DNA of 64,000 nucleotides from Paraburkholderia sp. (GCF_035948235.1 NZ_DASZJJ010000089.1:3467-67466); one strand, 5' to 3'. Counted from the first letter of the stretch, positions 46,642-57,010 are shown. Notes: a model not told the origin generated them from the sequence alone. Numbers and translations are program-made.

Positions 46642-47448
46642 TCAGTCCCACTGCGGCGCGAGGCCCTCGGGGCTGACTTCGCGGCCGTTGCGTTCGAGCG
46701 TGGCGATCTGGGCCATATCGTCGTCGGTCAGCTTGAGAGTCTGCGCGAGCAGGTTGCTCGCAAGGTTCTCGCGCTTCGTCGACGAAGGAATGACCGAGTA
46801 GCCAAGGCGCAGCGCCCAGGCAAGCGCGACCTGTGCAGGGGTAGCGTGATGACGTTGCGCGATGGCGTGGATCACCGGATCGCCCAGCACCTTGCCATAG
46901 GCAAGCGTCATATACGACGTGACATGAATGCCTTGCTGCTGGAGGAAGCTCACGAGCTTGCGATTCTGCAGATACGGGCTCAATTCGATCTGATTGGTTG
47001 CTACGTTATCCTTACCAATCGTATCGATAGCCATTTGGGTCAATTCGATGTTGAAGTTCGACACGCCAATCTGTTTGGTCAGCCCTTGCGCTTTTGCCTC
47101 GGCGAGCGCGTTCAGGGTTTCCTCCAGCGGCACGCCGCTATTGGGCGCGGGCCAGTGGATCAGCGTGAGATCGACGGCGTCGGTGCGCAGCTTGCGCAGG
47201 CTGTCTCGCAGGCTCGGAATGAGTTTGTCGCGCGAATAATGATCGACCCAGATCTTGGTGGTGAGAAAGAGTTCGTCGCGCGCGACGCCGGAGGTGGCGA
47301 TTGCTTCGCCCACTTCGGCTTCGTTACCGTAGATCTGCGCGGTGTCGATGGCGCGGTAGCCCAGTTCAAGGCCGTTGCGCACGGAATCGATGACGACCTG
47401 GCCTTGCAGGCGGAACGTGCCCAGACCGAAGGCGGGAATATGGCTCAT
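46642..47448 (-). CDS. dkgB: 2,5-didehydrogluconate reductase DkgB (aldo-keto reductase)
   Basis: It resembles E. coli DkgB, as I recall it, along the full length: [71 protein letters not shown]. Confidence 0.9.
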   Translation of the reverse strand: MSHIPAFGLGTFRLQGQVVIDSVRNGLELGYRAIDTAQIYGNEAEVGEAIATSGVARDELFLTTKIWVDHYSRDKLIPSLRDSLRKLRTDAVDLTLIHWPAPNSGVPLEETLNALAEAKAQGLTKQIGVSNFNIELTQMAIDTIGKDNVATNQIELSPYLQNRKLVSFLQQQGIHVTSYMTLAYGKVLGDPVIHAIAQRHHATPAQVALAWALRLGYSVIPSSTKRENLASNLLAQTLKLTDDDMAQIATLERNGREVSPEGLAPQWD

Positions 47449-47500
47449 GTTTTACTCCGTAAAAGCGGTTGAGAAACGTGAAATAAGGTTTGAGTCGAAA

Positions 47501-48757
47501 TCAGGATTGAGTCGGCGAAATTTTGCGCGGCTTGCCTGTGCTCGATGACGCCGCCTGACGTTTCAGCGCGATCTGCGCCAGCACGAGCAACAGTCCTGAA
47601 ACCGCGATCAGCGCGCCCACAATCGGTACGGCCACATAGCCCAGGCCCGCTGAGATCGCCGCGCCGCCGGCGGCCGCGCCAACCGCATTGCCAAGATTGA
47701 ACGCGCCGACATTCACCGACGAAGCCAGCCCCGGCGCCTGCGCGGCGGCGCGCATGACGCCCATCTGCAGGGGCGGGACGACCGCGAAGGTGGCGAGTCC
47801 CCACACGACGACCGCAAGCGCGGTTCCCACCGGCGTTTTCACGAGCAACGGGAACGCGAGCATCACCGCGACCAGCAGGATCAGGAACACGATCAGGCTG
47901 CCGTTTAGCGAACGGTCGGCGAGGCGTCCGCCAGCCACATTGCCAATCGAAAAGCCCACGCCAACCAGTACCAGCATGATTGTCACGAAGCCTGGCGTCG
48001 CGCCCGCGAGATGTTCGAGGACCGGCGCGATATAGGTGTAGAACGTAAACATCGCGCCTGCGCCCAGCACAGTGGTGGCCAGCGCCGTCAGGACAGCGGG
48101 GCGCGCGAGCACCTGCAACTCGCCGCGCAGGTTGGGCGCCTTGCCAGCCTCGCCGGCCGGCAGCGCCAGTCGCAGGATCAGCATCGTGAGCACGCCAAGG
48201 GCCGCCGTGGCCGCGAACGACATGCGCCAGCCGATGGTCTGGCCGAGCCACGTCGCAGCGGGCACGCCGCCAATATTGGCGATTGTCAGGCCCATGAACA
48301 TGGTGGCGACGGCGCTAGCCTGTTTGTGACGCGGCACGACGCTCGCCGCCACCAGCGAACCCAGCCCGAAGAACGCGCCGTGATTGAGGCTCGTGACGAG
48401 CCGCGCGATCAGCAGCGTGGTGTAGTTCGTCGACAGCGCCGACAACAGATTGCCGATGGTGAAAATCGCCATCAGTGCGATGAGCGCCGAGCGTCGCGAC
48501 CAGCGCGACATGGCGAGCGTCATCAACGGCGCGCCGATCATCACGCCGATCGCGTAAGCCGTGATGAGCATGCCCGCAGTCGGGATGGAGACGTGTACGC
48601 CAGACGCGATGACGGGCAGGAGCCCCATTGGCGAAAACTCGGTGGTGCCGATGCTGAACGCGCCCATCGCGAGCGCGAACAGGGTGAGCCACGCGGTGCC
48701 GTGCGCGTCCTGCGTGGCGGTGGGTGAGCCGGGTTGAACGGGAGACATGGTGGGCAA
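47501..48757 (-). CDS. MFS efflux transporter (sugar/purine-nucleoside efflux-like)
   Basis: 418 aa with 12 hydrophobic segments. It is divergent from a LysR gene. Confidence 0.8.
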   Translation of the reverse strand: MPTMSPVQPGSPTATQDAHGTAWLTLFALAMGAFSIGTTEFSPMGLLPVIASGVHVSIPTAGMLITAYAIGVMIGAPLMTLAMSRWSRRSALIALMAIFTIGNLLSALSTNYTTLLIARLVTSLNHGAFFGLGSLVAASVVPRHKQASAVATMFMGLTIANIGGVPAATWLGQTIGWRMSFAATAALGVLTMLILRLALPAGEAGKAPNLRGELQVLARPAVLTALATTVLGAGAMFTFYTYIAPVLEHLAGATPGFVTIMLVLVGVGFSIGNVAGGRLADRSLNGSLIVFLILLVAVMLAFPLLVKTPVGTALAVVVWGLATFAVVPPLQMGVMRAAAQAPGLASSVNVGAFNLGNAVGAAAGGAAISAGLGYVAVPIVGALIAVSGLLLVLAQIALKRQAASSSTGKPRKISPTQS

Positions 48758-48852
48758 TCCTGGGTTTGCATGAAAACGAACCGCAGTGTGCCCGCTTTAC
48801 TTTTGCCCAAAAAGACGTCTATAAACCAATGTGTTTTGATTTCAAATCAAAA

Positions 48853-49755
48853 ATGAAAATCACTCTGGACGAACTTCAGGCTTTTGTTACCGTGGTGGAT
48901 AGCGGTTCCATCACGGCGGCGGCGCATCAGCTCGATCTGACCATCTCGGCCACGAGCCGCACGCTGGGACGGCTCGAAGACAAACTCAAGACCACGCTGT
49001 TGCGCCGCACGACGCGGCGGCTCGAACTGAGCGAGGAAGGGCGGGCGTTTCTGGCCGACGCGCGGGCGATCATCGCTTCGGTGGAAGGCGCGGAAGAGCA
49101 GATGGCCGCGCGCCGCGAGCGGCCTTCAGGACGCCTGCGTGTGGACGCGGCCACGCCGTTCATGTTGCATGTGATCGTGCCGCTCGTGCAGGGCTATCGC
49201 GAACGCTACCCGCAGGTCGAACTGGAGCTCAACAGCAACGAAGGGATCATCGATCTGCTGGAACGGCGCACTGACGTAGCGATCCGCATCGGGCAGTTGA
49301 AGGACTCGACGCTGCACAGCAAGCCGGTGGGCCTCAGCCGTGTGCGTATTCTCGCTACGCCTGCCTATCTCAAGGCGCATGGCCGTCCGCGCCGCGTGCA
49401 GGAACTGGGCAAACATACGCTGCTGGCTTTTACCGAGCCCGATTCGCTCAATGTCTGGCCCATCGCGGGCACGGATAACGAACCGTACCGGATCACACCC
49501 GCGATCCGCTCATCGAGCGGCGAGACCTTGCGGCAGCTTGCGCTGGCCGGGACCGGGATCGTGTGCCTGTCCGACTTCATGACCGCGCGCGATCGCCGCG
49601 ACGGCACGCTCGTGCAGCTTTTTGCGGGGCAAACGCAGGATGTCCGGCAACCGATCAATGCGGTCTATTACCGCAATACGGCGATTTCCGCACGCATTGC
49701 TTCTTTTGTCGATTTTTTGATCGAGGCCGTGCGCGGCACCGAATTCGAACGTTAG
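48853..49755 (+). CDS. LysR-family transcriptional regulator
   Basis: ATG 48853 gives MKITLDELQAFVTVVDSGSITAAAHQLDLTISATSRTLGRLEDKLKTTLLRRTTR. Confidence 0.9.
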   Translation: MKITLDELQAFVTVVDSGSITAAAHQLDLTISATSRTLGRLEDKLKTTLLRRTTRRLELSEEGRAFLADARAIIASVEGAEEQMAARRERPSGRLRVDAATPFMLHVIVPLVQGYRERYPQVELELNSNEGIIDLLERRTDVAIRIGQLKDSTLHSKPVGLSRVRILATPAYLKAHGRPRRVQELGKHTLLAFTEPDSLNVWPIAGTDNEPYRITPAIRSSSGETLRQLALAGTGIVCLSDFMTARDRRDGTLVQLFAGQTQDVRQPINAVYYRNTAISARIASFVDFLIEAVRGTEFER

Positions 49756-49944
49756 CAAGCGGTCAATCGTATTCGTCGCAACAACGTTCGGCGCGTGAAT
49801 ACCGATTGATTCCATCGCGACGAAATGAATCATTTTCCTCAAGCCGGTGCTAGCATGCGATGACACGCGGTTGGCCCGCTTGCGCATGACAGAATGATCG
49901 TATGAATCTGGCCTGACAATTCAACATTGAAGGGAAGACAGACG

Positions 49945-50358
49945 ATGCACCAAGTCAGTATCGACCATGCCTGGCAATATACGCTCACGCTGCTGGGTGG
50001 CGGCTCCGTTCTTCGTGGTGGCGTGCATGACAGGATGTGCCACGCCGCGAACGGCCTTTCCACAACGACTCACGCCGATAGCATGGACGCCGCACCCGCG
50101 CGGCGCGCTCATCTGGCTTTCGTCGAGGTTTGCAAGGACAAGCTCATTTCGGTGTCGTGGAGCGATCCCACGAGCGGACATTACACGGAGCAGCTATGGC
50201 GACTGTGCATCGCGCGAAAACGCGGCCAGTGCGCCCTCACCGGCGGGGATATCCAGCGCGGCGACAAGATCTATCGCCCCTTCGTGCGCGGCACGACGCC
50301 CATCAACGCTGACTGGGCCGTGCTCGCATCGGCACTGGAAATAGAATCTGACGAATAG
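49945..50358 (+). CDS. DUF3331 domain protein
   Basis: The C-terminal half ISVSWSDPTSGHYTEQLWRLCIARKRGQCALTGGDIQRGDKIYRP matches my recollection of the Burkholderia-restricted DUF3331. The start is either ATG 49945 or TTG 49927. Confidence 0.6.
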   Translation: MHQVSIDHAWQYTLTLLGGGSVLRGGVHDRMCHAANGLSTTTHADSMDAAPARRAHLAFVEVCKDKLISVSWSDPTSGHYTEQLWRLCIARKRGQCALTGGDIQRGDKIYRPFVRGTTPINADWAVLASALEIESDE

Positions 50359-50371
50359 AAAACCCGGCCTC

Positions 50372-51379
50372 TCAGTGATAACCGTGATCGCCTTCGCGAA
50401 CTTTGCCGCGAAACACGCGATATTGCATGGCGTTGTAGATCAGAATAATCGGCAAGACGATCACGGTGCCGACGAGCGCGAAGAGCTGGCTCGAATGACT
50501 TGATGACGCTTCCCAGATCGTGAGCGACGGCGGAATGATATACGGCCAGATGCTGATGACGAGACCCGTATAACCCAGAAAGCAGATTGCGAGCGAGAGC
50601 AGGAAGGGCATCGCTTCATGGTTCAGGTTGAGCGATCGATAGATACCCCACACGCACAGCACCACGAGAATCGGCACCGGCAGGAAGTAGCCGAGGTCGC
50701 CGCTGAGAAACCAGCGCTGCCGCACGGCGGGCAGACCCAGCACGGTCCACAGACTCACGATCGCGATCGCCAGCAGCAGAATGGCGACGAGCGGACGCAT
50801 CACGAAACGCATCTTGCGCTGCAGTTCGCCGTCGGTTTTGAGGATCAGCCAGCCGCAGCCGAGCGTCGCATAAGTGAGCAGCACGCCAAAGCCGCAAAAC
50901 ACGCTGAACGGAGAGAACCAGTCGAACGGATCGCCCGCGAATTTATCGTCGACGATCTTGATGCCTTGCAGAAGCGAGCCGAGCGTAATGCCCTGGCACA
51001 TTGCCGCCAGCGCCGAGCCGCCGATAAAAGCGAGATCCCACGCATGCTGCGTGCGTGTGGCCTTGGCGCGCAATTCGAACGCGGCGCCGCGAAAGATCAG
51101 GCCTATCACCATGAGTATCAGCGGCATGTAATTGGCGGGCAGCAGCGTGGAATACACCACGGGAAACGCGCCGTACAGGCCCGCGCCGCCCAGCACGAGG
51201 AATGTCTCGTTGCCGTCCCACACCGGCGCGACTGTATTGAGCATGACTTCGCGCTCGCCTTTGCCCTCGAAGAAGGGAAACAGCAGACCAATGCCCAGAT
51301 CGAAGCCGTCGAGCATCACGTAAATAAACACGCCCAGACCGATGATGGCGGCCCAGATAACCGGAAGGTCGATTTGCAT
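50372..51379 (-). CDS. cydB: Cytochrome bd-type ubiquinol oxidase subunit II
   Basis: 335 aa starting MQIDLPVIWAAIIGLGVFIYVMLDGFDLGIG, typical of CydB/CioB. It starts 5 nt after the subunit I stop. Confidence 0.9.
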   Translation of the reverse strand: MQIDLPVIWAAIIGLGVFIYVMLDGFDLGIGLLFPFFEGKGEREVMLNTVAPVWDGNETFLVLGGAGLYGAFPVVYSTLLPANYMPLILMVIGLIFRGAAFELRAKATRTQHAWDLAFIGGSALAAMCQGITLGSLLQGIKIVDDKFAGDPFDWFSPFSVFCGFGVLLTYATLGCGWLILKTDGELQRKMRFVMRPLVAILLLAIAIVSLWTVLGLPAVRQRWFLSGDLGYFLPVPILVVLCVWGIYRSLNLNHEAMPFLLSLAICFLGYTGLVISIWPYIIPPSLTIWEASSSHSSQLFALVGTVIVLPIILIYNAMQYRVFRGKVREGDHGYH

Positions 51380-51383
51380 GGCC

Positions 51384-52772
51384 TTATTCCCCCACCACGG
51401 CGTCGAGCGCGCGATTGTGCAGTCCAGGATGCTTGAGCGACTCGATGCTTTCCACGCCAGTCGCCGGCCCTTTCTTCATCATTTTGAGCATGTAATAGAC
51501 GCCGGTTCCGAATACGAGGAAATAGACGATCACGAAGATCAGCAACGACACGCCCGCCTGCTGCGCGCCGATGGGCGACACCGAATCGATCGTGCGCATC
51601 ACGCCATAGACGGTCCACGGTTGGCGGCCTACTTCAGTGGTGATCCAGCCCGCCAGCAGCGCAACGATGCCGGACGGCCCCATGCAGAACACGAGCCGCT
51701 GGAACCAGCGAGTTTCATAGAGCCGCCCGCCACGCCGCAGGATCAGGCCCAGCACGGCCGTGAGCAGCATCAGCATGCCGAGTCCCGCCATGAGCCGGAA
51801 GGTCCAGAACACGATGGGCGAGAACGGCCGGTCCTGCGGCGCGAATTCCTTGAGGCCGCGAATTTCGCCGTCCCAGCTATGCGTGAGGATCAGGCTGCCC
51901 AGATGCGGGATCTGGATCGCGTAGCGCGTGACTTCGGCGTTCATGTCGGGCAGGCCGACGAGGTTGAGCGCCGTGCCGCCGTGTTCGGTTTCCCAGAGTC
52001 CTTCGATCGCCGCAATCTTCGCGGGCTGATATTCGCGCGTATTCAGGCCATGCGCGTCGCCCACCAGAATCTGGATGGGCGCGAGCACGAGCAGCATCCA
52101 CAGCGCCATCGAAAAGCTGCGCTTGACCGGCACGTCGCGCCGTCCCTTGAGCAGATGGTAAGCACCGCAGGCCGCCACGATAAACGCCGCGACGATAAAG
52201 GCCGCGATGGTCATATGCACGAGGCGGTACGGGAACGACGGATTGAAAATGATCTTCCACCAGTCCACCGGCACGATGCGGCCGTTCTGTATCGCATAGC
52301 CTTGCGGCGTCTGCATGAAACTGTTGGACGAAAGAATCCAGAAGGTGGAGATCAGCGTGCCGATCGCGACCATCAGCGTTGCGAAGAAGTGCGACTTCGG
52401 ACTCACGCGGTTCCAGCCGAACAGCATGACGCCGAGAAAACCGGCCTCCAGGAAGAATGCGGTCAGCACCTCGTAGGTAAGCAGCGGCCCGGTAATATTG
52501 CCCGCCACGGTGGAAAAGCCGCTCCAGTTGGTGCCGAATTCGTAAGCCATCACGACGCCGGACACCACGCCCATGCCAAACCCGACCGCGAATATCTTTG
52601 ACCAGAAGCGGTACATATCCTTGTAGGCCGGGTCGCCGGTGAGAAGCAAGCGCCATTCCAGCACGGCGAGAAAACTCGCCATGCCGATGCTGATGGCGGG
52701 AAACGTGATATGAAAGGAGACGGTAAACGCAAACTGCAGCCGGGCCAGATGAAATGCGTCGAAGATATTCAT
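51384..52772 (-). CDS. cydA: Cytochrome bd-type ubiquinol oxidase subunit I (short form, CIO-like)
   Basis: ATG 52772 (CAAGGAGTTCAC RBS) gives MNIFDAFHLARLQFAFTVSFHITFPAISIG, the conserved CydA N-terminus. The product is 462 aa. Confidence 0.9.
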   Translation of the reverse strand: MNIFDAFHLARLQFAFTVSFHITFPAISIGMASFLAVLEWRLLLTGDPAYKDMYRFWSKIFAVGFGMGVVSGVVMAYEFGTNWSGFSTVAGNITGPLLTYEVLTAFFLEAGFLGVMLFGWNRVSPKSHFFATLMVAIGTLISTFWILSSNSFMQTPQGYAIQNGRIVPVDWWKIIFNPSFPYRLVHMTIAAFIVAAFIVAACGAYHLLKGRRDVPVKRSFSMALWMLLVLAPIQILVGDAHGLNTREYQPAKIAAIEGLWETEHGGTALNLVGLPDMNAEVTRYAIQIPHLGSLILTHSWDGEIRGLKEFAPQDRPFSPIVFWTFRLMAGLGMLMLLTAVLGLILRRGGRLYETRWFQRLVFCMGPSGIVALLAGWITTEVGRQPWTVYGVMRTIDSVSPIGAQQAGVSLLIFVIVYFLVFGTGVYYMLKMMKKGPATGVESIESLKHPGLHNRALDAVVGE

Positions 52773-52860
52773 GATTCTTGTGAACTCCTTGTGACGACTT
52801 TCTGCGTTTTCGCCCGCATTCACACTGCCAGCGGCAATCCGGCAATCCGGCGAAAGCGCA

Positions 52861-55143
52861 CTACGGCTGCTGGTTTGACGCGCGCACGACGTGTACGGGA
52901 ACAGACTTGTACGACGGCGTGCCGCTTTCCTTGTCGATATAGTCGAGCGGCACCAGCACGTTGGCTTCCGGGTAATAAGCCGCGACGGAGCCTCTAGCAA
53001 TGCTATACACAATTGCGGTGATGTTCTTCATTTTGAGCACACGGCCGGCCATGACCGTTTCGATATCGACAAGATCGCCGTGTTCGATGCCATGTGCGGC
53101 CATATCGTCGGCGTTCATGAAGAGCACGTCGCGCCGCCCGAACACGCCGCGGTAGCGGTCGTCCATCGCATAGATCGTGGTGTTGTACTGGTCGTGGCTG
53201 CGGATCGTGATGAGGCGCAGCACGTTTTCGGCGCCCAGCACGTCGGCGTCTTCCTTCACGCCGTCATAGACCGAGAATTCGGCTTTGCCCGATGGCGTAT
53301 GCCACTGGCGTTCGGTCGGCGGCAGGGGCAGGCGGAAGCCGCCCGGCACGCGGATACGCCGGTTGAAGTCCTCGAAGCCCGGCACCGTGCGCTCGATCAA
53401 TTCGCGGATCTTGTCGTAGTCGGACACCAGATCCATCCAGTCCACTTTGGAGTGCGGCATGGCAGCACGCGCCATGCCAGCGACAATCGCCGGCTCCGAG
53501 CGCAACTGCTCTGACGCGGGCTTGAGCTTGCCCGCGGACGCATGCACCATCGACATCGAATCCTCCACTGTGACCGATTGCCGTCCGCTGCTCTGCATAT
53601 CGAGCTCGGTGCGGCCAAGACACGGAAAGAGATACGTTTCCCGGGCCACTAGCAGATGCGTGCGATTGAGTTTTGTGCCGATATGCACGGCGAGGTCGAG
53701 CGTCGCCATCGCCGCAAACGCCTGCTGCGGGTCGGGCAACGCCACCGCGAAATTGCCGCCCAGACACAGCAGCGCCTTCGAGCTGCCGTCAATCATCGCC
53801 TGCATGGCCTGCACCGCGTCGTGGCCGTGACCGGACGGCGGCGTGAATCCGCAGGCGTCCTCGATCAGCTTGAGGAAGGCCGCCGAAGGTTTTTCGGTGA
53901 TGCCGACGGTGCGGTTGCCCTGCACGTTGGAGTGGCCGCGCAACGGGCAGATGCCCGCGCCCGGCTTGCCGATATTGCCGCGCATCAAGAGCAGGTCGGC
54001 GATCAGGCGCACGTTGGCCGTGCCCTTGTTGTGCTGCGTGACGCCCATGCCGTAGGTGACGATGGTCGCGCTGGATTTGGCGTAGGCGAGCGCCACATGT
54101 TCGAGGTCGGCGCGCTCCAGCCCGCTGGCCTTTTCGATGTCTTCCCACGATGTGGCTTCCAGATCGGCGGCGCACGCGTCGAAACCACGCGTATGCGCGG
54201 CGATGAACGCCTTGTCGAGCACGCCGCCTTGTTCCGCTTCCATCTGCAGGAGCGCTTTCATGACGCCTTTGAGCGCGGCGGCGTCGCCGCCGGCATCGAC
54301 CTGAAAATAGGTCGAGGCAATCCGCGTCGATGCGAAGGTCGCCATTTCCATCATGCTTTGAGGGTCGGCAAAACGTTCGAGCGCGCGTTCGCGCAGCGGG
54401 TTGAAGACGATGATTGGCACGTTACGGCGCGCTGCCTCGTGCAGCGTGCCCATCATGCGCGGGTGATTGGTGCCCGGGTTGTGGCCGATGGAAATGATGA
54501 GTTCCGTCGTGTCGAAGTCTTCGAGCGATACCGTGCCTTTGCCGATGCCGATCGATTGCGGCAGGCCGACGCTGGTTGGCTCGTGGCACATGTTCGAGCA
54601 ATCGGGAAAATTGTTGGTGCCAAACTCTCGCGCGAACAGTTGATAGAGGAACGCAGCTTCATTCGACGCGCGCCCGGAGGTGTAGAACTCGACCTGATCG
54701 GGCGTGAGCGTGCGCAGGATCTCGCCGATGCGCGCGAACGCGTCTTCCCAGGCGACGGGGCGCAGGGTGTCGGTGGCGCGGTCGTAGACCATCGGGTGCG
54801 TGAGCCGGCCCATGTCTTCGAGTTCGTAGTCGGTCTTTTGCAGCAATGAGGTGACGGTGTTGGCCGCGAAGAACTCCGGCGTGACGCGTTTCGTGGTGGC
54901 TTCCCACGTGACGGCTTTCGCGCCGTTTTCACAGAACTGGAAGGTGGAGCGATGCTCCTTGTCCGGCCACGCGCAGCCGGGACAGTCGAAGCCGTCGGGC
55001 TGATTGGTCCGCATCAGGGTGATGGGCGCCTCGATGCTTTCCATCTGATCGTGAATCGCCTGGGCGATGGCTTTGAGCGCGCCCCATCCGCCTGCGGGAC
55101 CGGTATAAGGATGAACGCCTGGCACATCACGTAGTTTCGTCAT
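52861..55143 (-). CDS. FdhF/YdeP-family molybdopterin oxidoreductase
   Basis: 760 aa with PYTGPAGGWGALKA and FDCPGCAWPD (Fe-S Cys cluster context), typical of YdeP-like proteins. CAGGAGTTTCTC precedes ATG 55143. Confidence 0.85.
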   Translation of the reverse strand: MTKLRDVPGVHPYTGPAGGWGALKAIAQAIHDQMESIEAPITLMRTNQPDGFDCPGCAWPDKEHRSTFQFCENGAKAVTWEATTKRVTPEFFAANTVTSLLQKTDYELEDMGRLTHPMVYDRATDTLRPVAWEDAFARIGEILRTLTPDQVEFYTSGRASNEAAFLYQLFAREFGTNNFPDCSNMCHEPTSVGLPQSIGIGKGTVSLEDFDTTELIISIGHNPGTNHPRMMGTLHEAARRNVPIIVFNPLRERALERFADPQSMMEMATFASTRIASTYFQVDAGGDAAALKGVMKALLQMEAEQGGVLDKAFIAAHTRGFDACAADLEATSWEDIEKASGLERADLEHVALAYAKSSATIVTYGMGVTQHNKGTANVRLIADLLLMRGNIGKPGAGICPLRGHSNVQGNRTVGITEKPSAAFLKLIEDACGFTPPSGHGHDAVQAMQAMIDGSSKALLCLGGNFAVALPDPQQAFAAMATLDLAVHIGTKLNRTHLLVARETYLFPCLGRTELDMQSSGRQSVTVEDSMSMVHASAGKLKPASEQLRSEPAIVAGMARAAMPHSKVDWMDLVSDYDKIRELIERTVPGFEDFNRRIRVPGGFRLPLPPTERQWHTPSGKAEFSVYDGVKEDADVLGAENVLRLITIRSHDQYNTTIYAMDDRYRGVFGRRDVLFMNADDMAAHGIEHGDLVDIETVMAGRVLKMKNITAIVYSIARGSVAAYYPEANVLVPLDYIDKESGTPSYKSVPVHVVRASNQQP

Positions 55144-55388
55144 GAGAAACTCCTGAGGGTTTTCCGCGCGCGCGGCGGGGTGTCGGCTAAGGGTGTCTGA
55201 TTGTCGTCGAGTCGCGATTAATCGCCGCACCGAAAGTGGGCAAGTGAATGAAGCGGCGCCCGGTTGATGCCTGGGTTTTAGTTTAGGGAGCTAAACCGGG
55301 GAAACAAGAAATAACTGAAATATCTCTAATGGCGGGTATTCTTGTGCGCATATCGATATGTTTTTAAAAATACATCGTTAATGCGAAA

Positions 55389-55420
55389 CAATTCATTTTC
55401 TATTTTTCAAAAATGAATTG
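55389..55420. promoter_or_regulatory. 11-bp inverted repeat in AT-rich region between the divergent ydeP-like and hns genes
   Basis: CAATTCATTTT-N10-AAAATGAATTG. Confidence 0.45.
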
Positions 55421-55759
55421 CTTGTCAATCATCAGCGGAATAGCGGTGTTCATGAAGCGCGGCCTTTCATAACGGCTGCCAGCCTGCGTCCCGATCGATG
55501 CCTTCAGGCACGAGTTCTCTGAAGCCAGTCTTTAAATGTTTTCTGACGGATTGCGGGAAGGCAGGCAAGACAGAAAAGGAAAGGGCTGCGATTCATGGTG
55601 GAACAGGGGGAGCACGGTTGTTTTACTGGCATTTTCTGCCGCAACATCATATATTCCCCCGAACCGTGAGATCAGGATGCCGCGGGGAAGGTAATCACAG
55701 CCTGAGCGATAACGAGTAGTGCGACACACCGTAGCACCACATTCAATTGAGGATAAAGG

Positions 55760-56071
55760 ATGGTCACTAAATCTGCTAACAACCTCGCACAGATGCGCGA
55801 ACAGCTTGCCGCACTTCAACAGCAGATTGAAGCTGCCGAAAGCGAAGGGCGCGCGAAGGCAATCGAACAGATTCACGCGATCATGGAAGAATACGGCCTC
55901 ACGCCTGACGATCTCGTTCGAAAGCGCACGCGCGGTCCTAACAAGAAGTCGGCGCATCCGGTTGAGCCGAAATACCAGGACCCCAAGACCGGCGCGACCT
56001 GGAGTGGCCGCGGCCGCGAGCCGGTCTGGATCAAGGGCAAGAATCGTGAGCGATTCCTGATCGCGAAGTAA
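55760..56071 (+). CDS. hns: H-NS-family nucleoid-associated protein
   Basis: 103 aa with an N-terminal coiled coil and the C-terminal KYQDPKTGATWSGRGREPVWI DNA-binding motif. GAGGATAAAGG precedes the ATG. Confidence 0.9.
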   Translation: MVTKSANNLAQMREQLAALQQQIEAAESEGRAKAIEQIHAIMEEYGLTPDDLVRKRTRGPNKKSAHPVEPKYQDPKTGATWSGRGREPVWIKGKNRERFLIAK

Positions 56072-56072
56072 C

Positions 56073-56105
56073 AAAAAATGCCGCCTTTGAAGGCGGCATT
56101 TTTTC
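56073..56105. terminator. Bidirectional rho-independent terminator
   Basis: AAAAAATGCCGCC-TTTGAA-GGCGGCATTTTTT lies between convergent hns and the acyltransferase gene. Confidence 0.9.
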
Positions 56106-56134
56106 ATCAAGCGATGGCCATCGGGCAGGCGCAA

Positions 56135-57010
56135 TTAATACACCGCTGCCATACCCTCCGGACGATGTTTAAAGCGGCGATGCACCCAATAATACTGGGC
56201 GGGAATTTTCAGTATCTGGGTCTCAAGAAAGGCATTCATGCAACGCGCGTCATCCATGTCGCTGTCCGTTGGAAAATTGCTGAGCGGCGCAAACACGTTC
56301 AACTTGTATCCCTGAAAATCCGGAAGAACTTCCGTGACGAACGGCACGACGCGCGCGCCGCCTACTTTCGCGAGTCGCGAAACCGAGGTCAGCGTGCATG
56401 CAGGCACGCCGAAGAACGGGACAAAAACTGAGTTGTCGATGCCGTGATCCATGTCTGCAGCCAGCATGACGGACTTGCCCTCGTGGAGAAGCCGCACGAT
56501 TTTTCTGGCGCTGGTCGAACGTTCAATCATCTCTGCGCCGAAACGGCCGCGCTGGCGTTTGGCCAGCTCGCAAAGCCGCTTGTTCGACATGTGCGTGTAC
56601 AAGGAAGCGGCCGGCATCTTCAGTGAGTAAAGCATGCATCCGACTTCGACACCCACGAAGTGAAAGCCCATAAAAATCGTAGGTGGAGCGTTTTTGTCCT
56701 CAAGATCGATCGCGCTTTCGATCTGGACCAGATCGCGGATCTTCTGCGCGCTGCCAAACCACTGAACGCCGCGTTCAAGGTAGCTGCGCACGACATGCCG
56801 GAAGTGCTCCTTCGCGAGTGAATCGCATTCACGTTCCGTTTTTTCGGGAAAACAAAGATGCAGATTGACAAGAACGATATGTTTGCGGCGACCGGGAATC
56901 GCGTAAAGGGCCGCACCGAGCGCGCTGCCAAACCTCGCGACGATTGAATACGGAAGGAGCGCGAGCGTGCGAAGTAACGCAACGACGAGCAGATGACCAA
57001 GTTGTCCCAA
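56135..57010 (-). CDS. Lipid A late acyltransferase (LpxL/LpxM/HtrB family)
   Basis: It has the HLCFPEK...HFRHV...GFHF H(x)4-type acyltransferase context and a typical C-terminus QYYWVHRRFK. The start is TTG 6 nt after AGGAG. Confidence 0.8.
   Translation of the reverse strand: MGQLGHLLVVALLRTLALLPYSIVARFGSALGAALYAIPGRRKHIVLVNLHLCFPEKTERECDSLAKEHFRHVVRSYLERGVQWFGSAQKIRDLVQIESAIDLEDKNAPPTIFMGFHFVGVEVGCMLYSLKMPAASLYTHMSNKRLCELAKRQRGRFGAEMIERSTSARKIVRLLHEGKSVMLAADMDHGIDNSVFVPFFGVPACTLTSVSRLAKVGGARVVPFVTEVLPDFQGYKLNVFAPLSNFPTDSDMDDARCMNAFLETQILKIPAQYYWVHRRFKHRPEGMAAVY

Noticed and set aside
51342-52601. 419-aa plus-strand ORF
   Set aside because: It is antisense to cytochrome bd subunit I, whose conserved N-terminus and hydrophobic profile are unambiguous.
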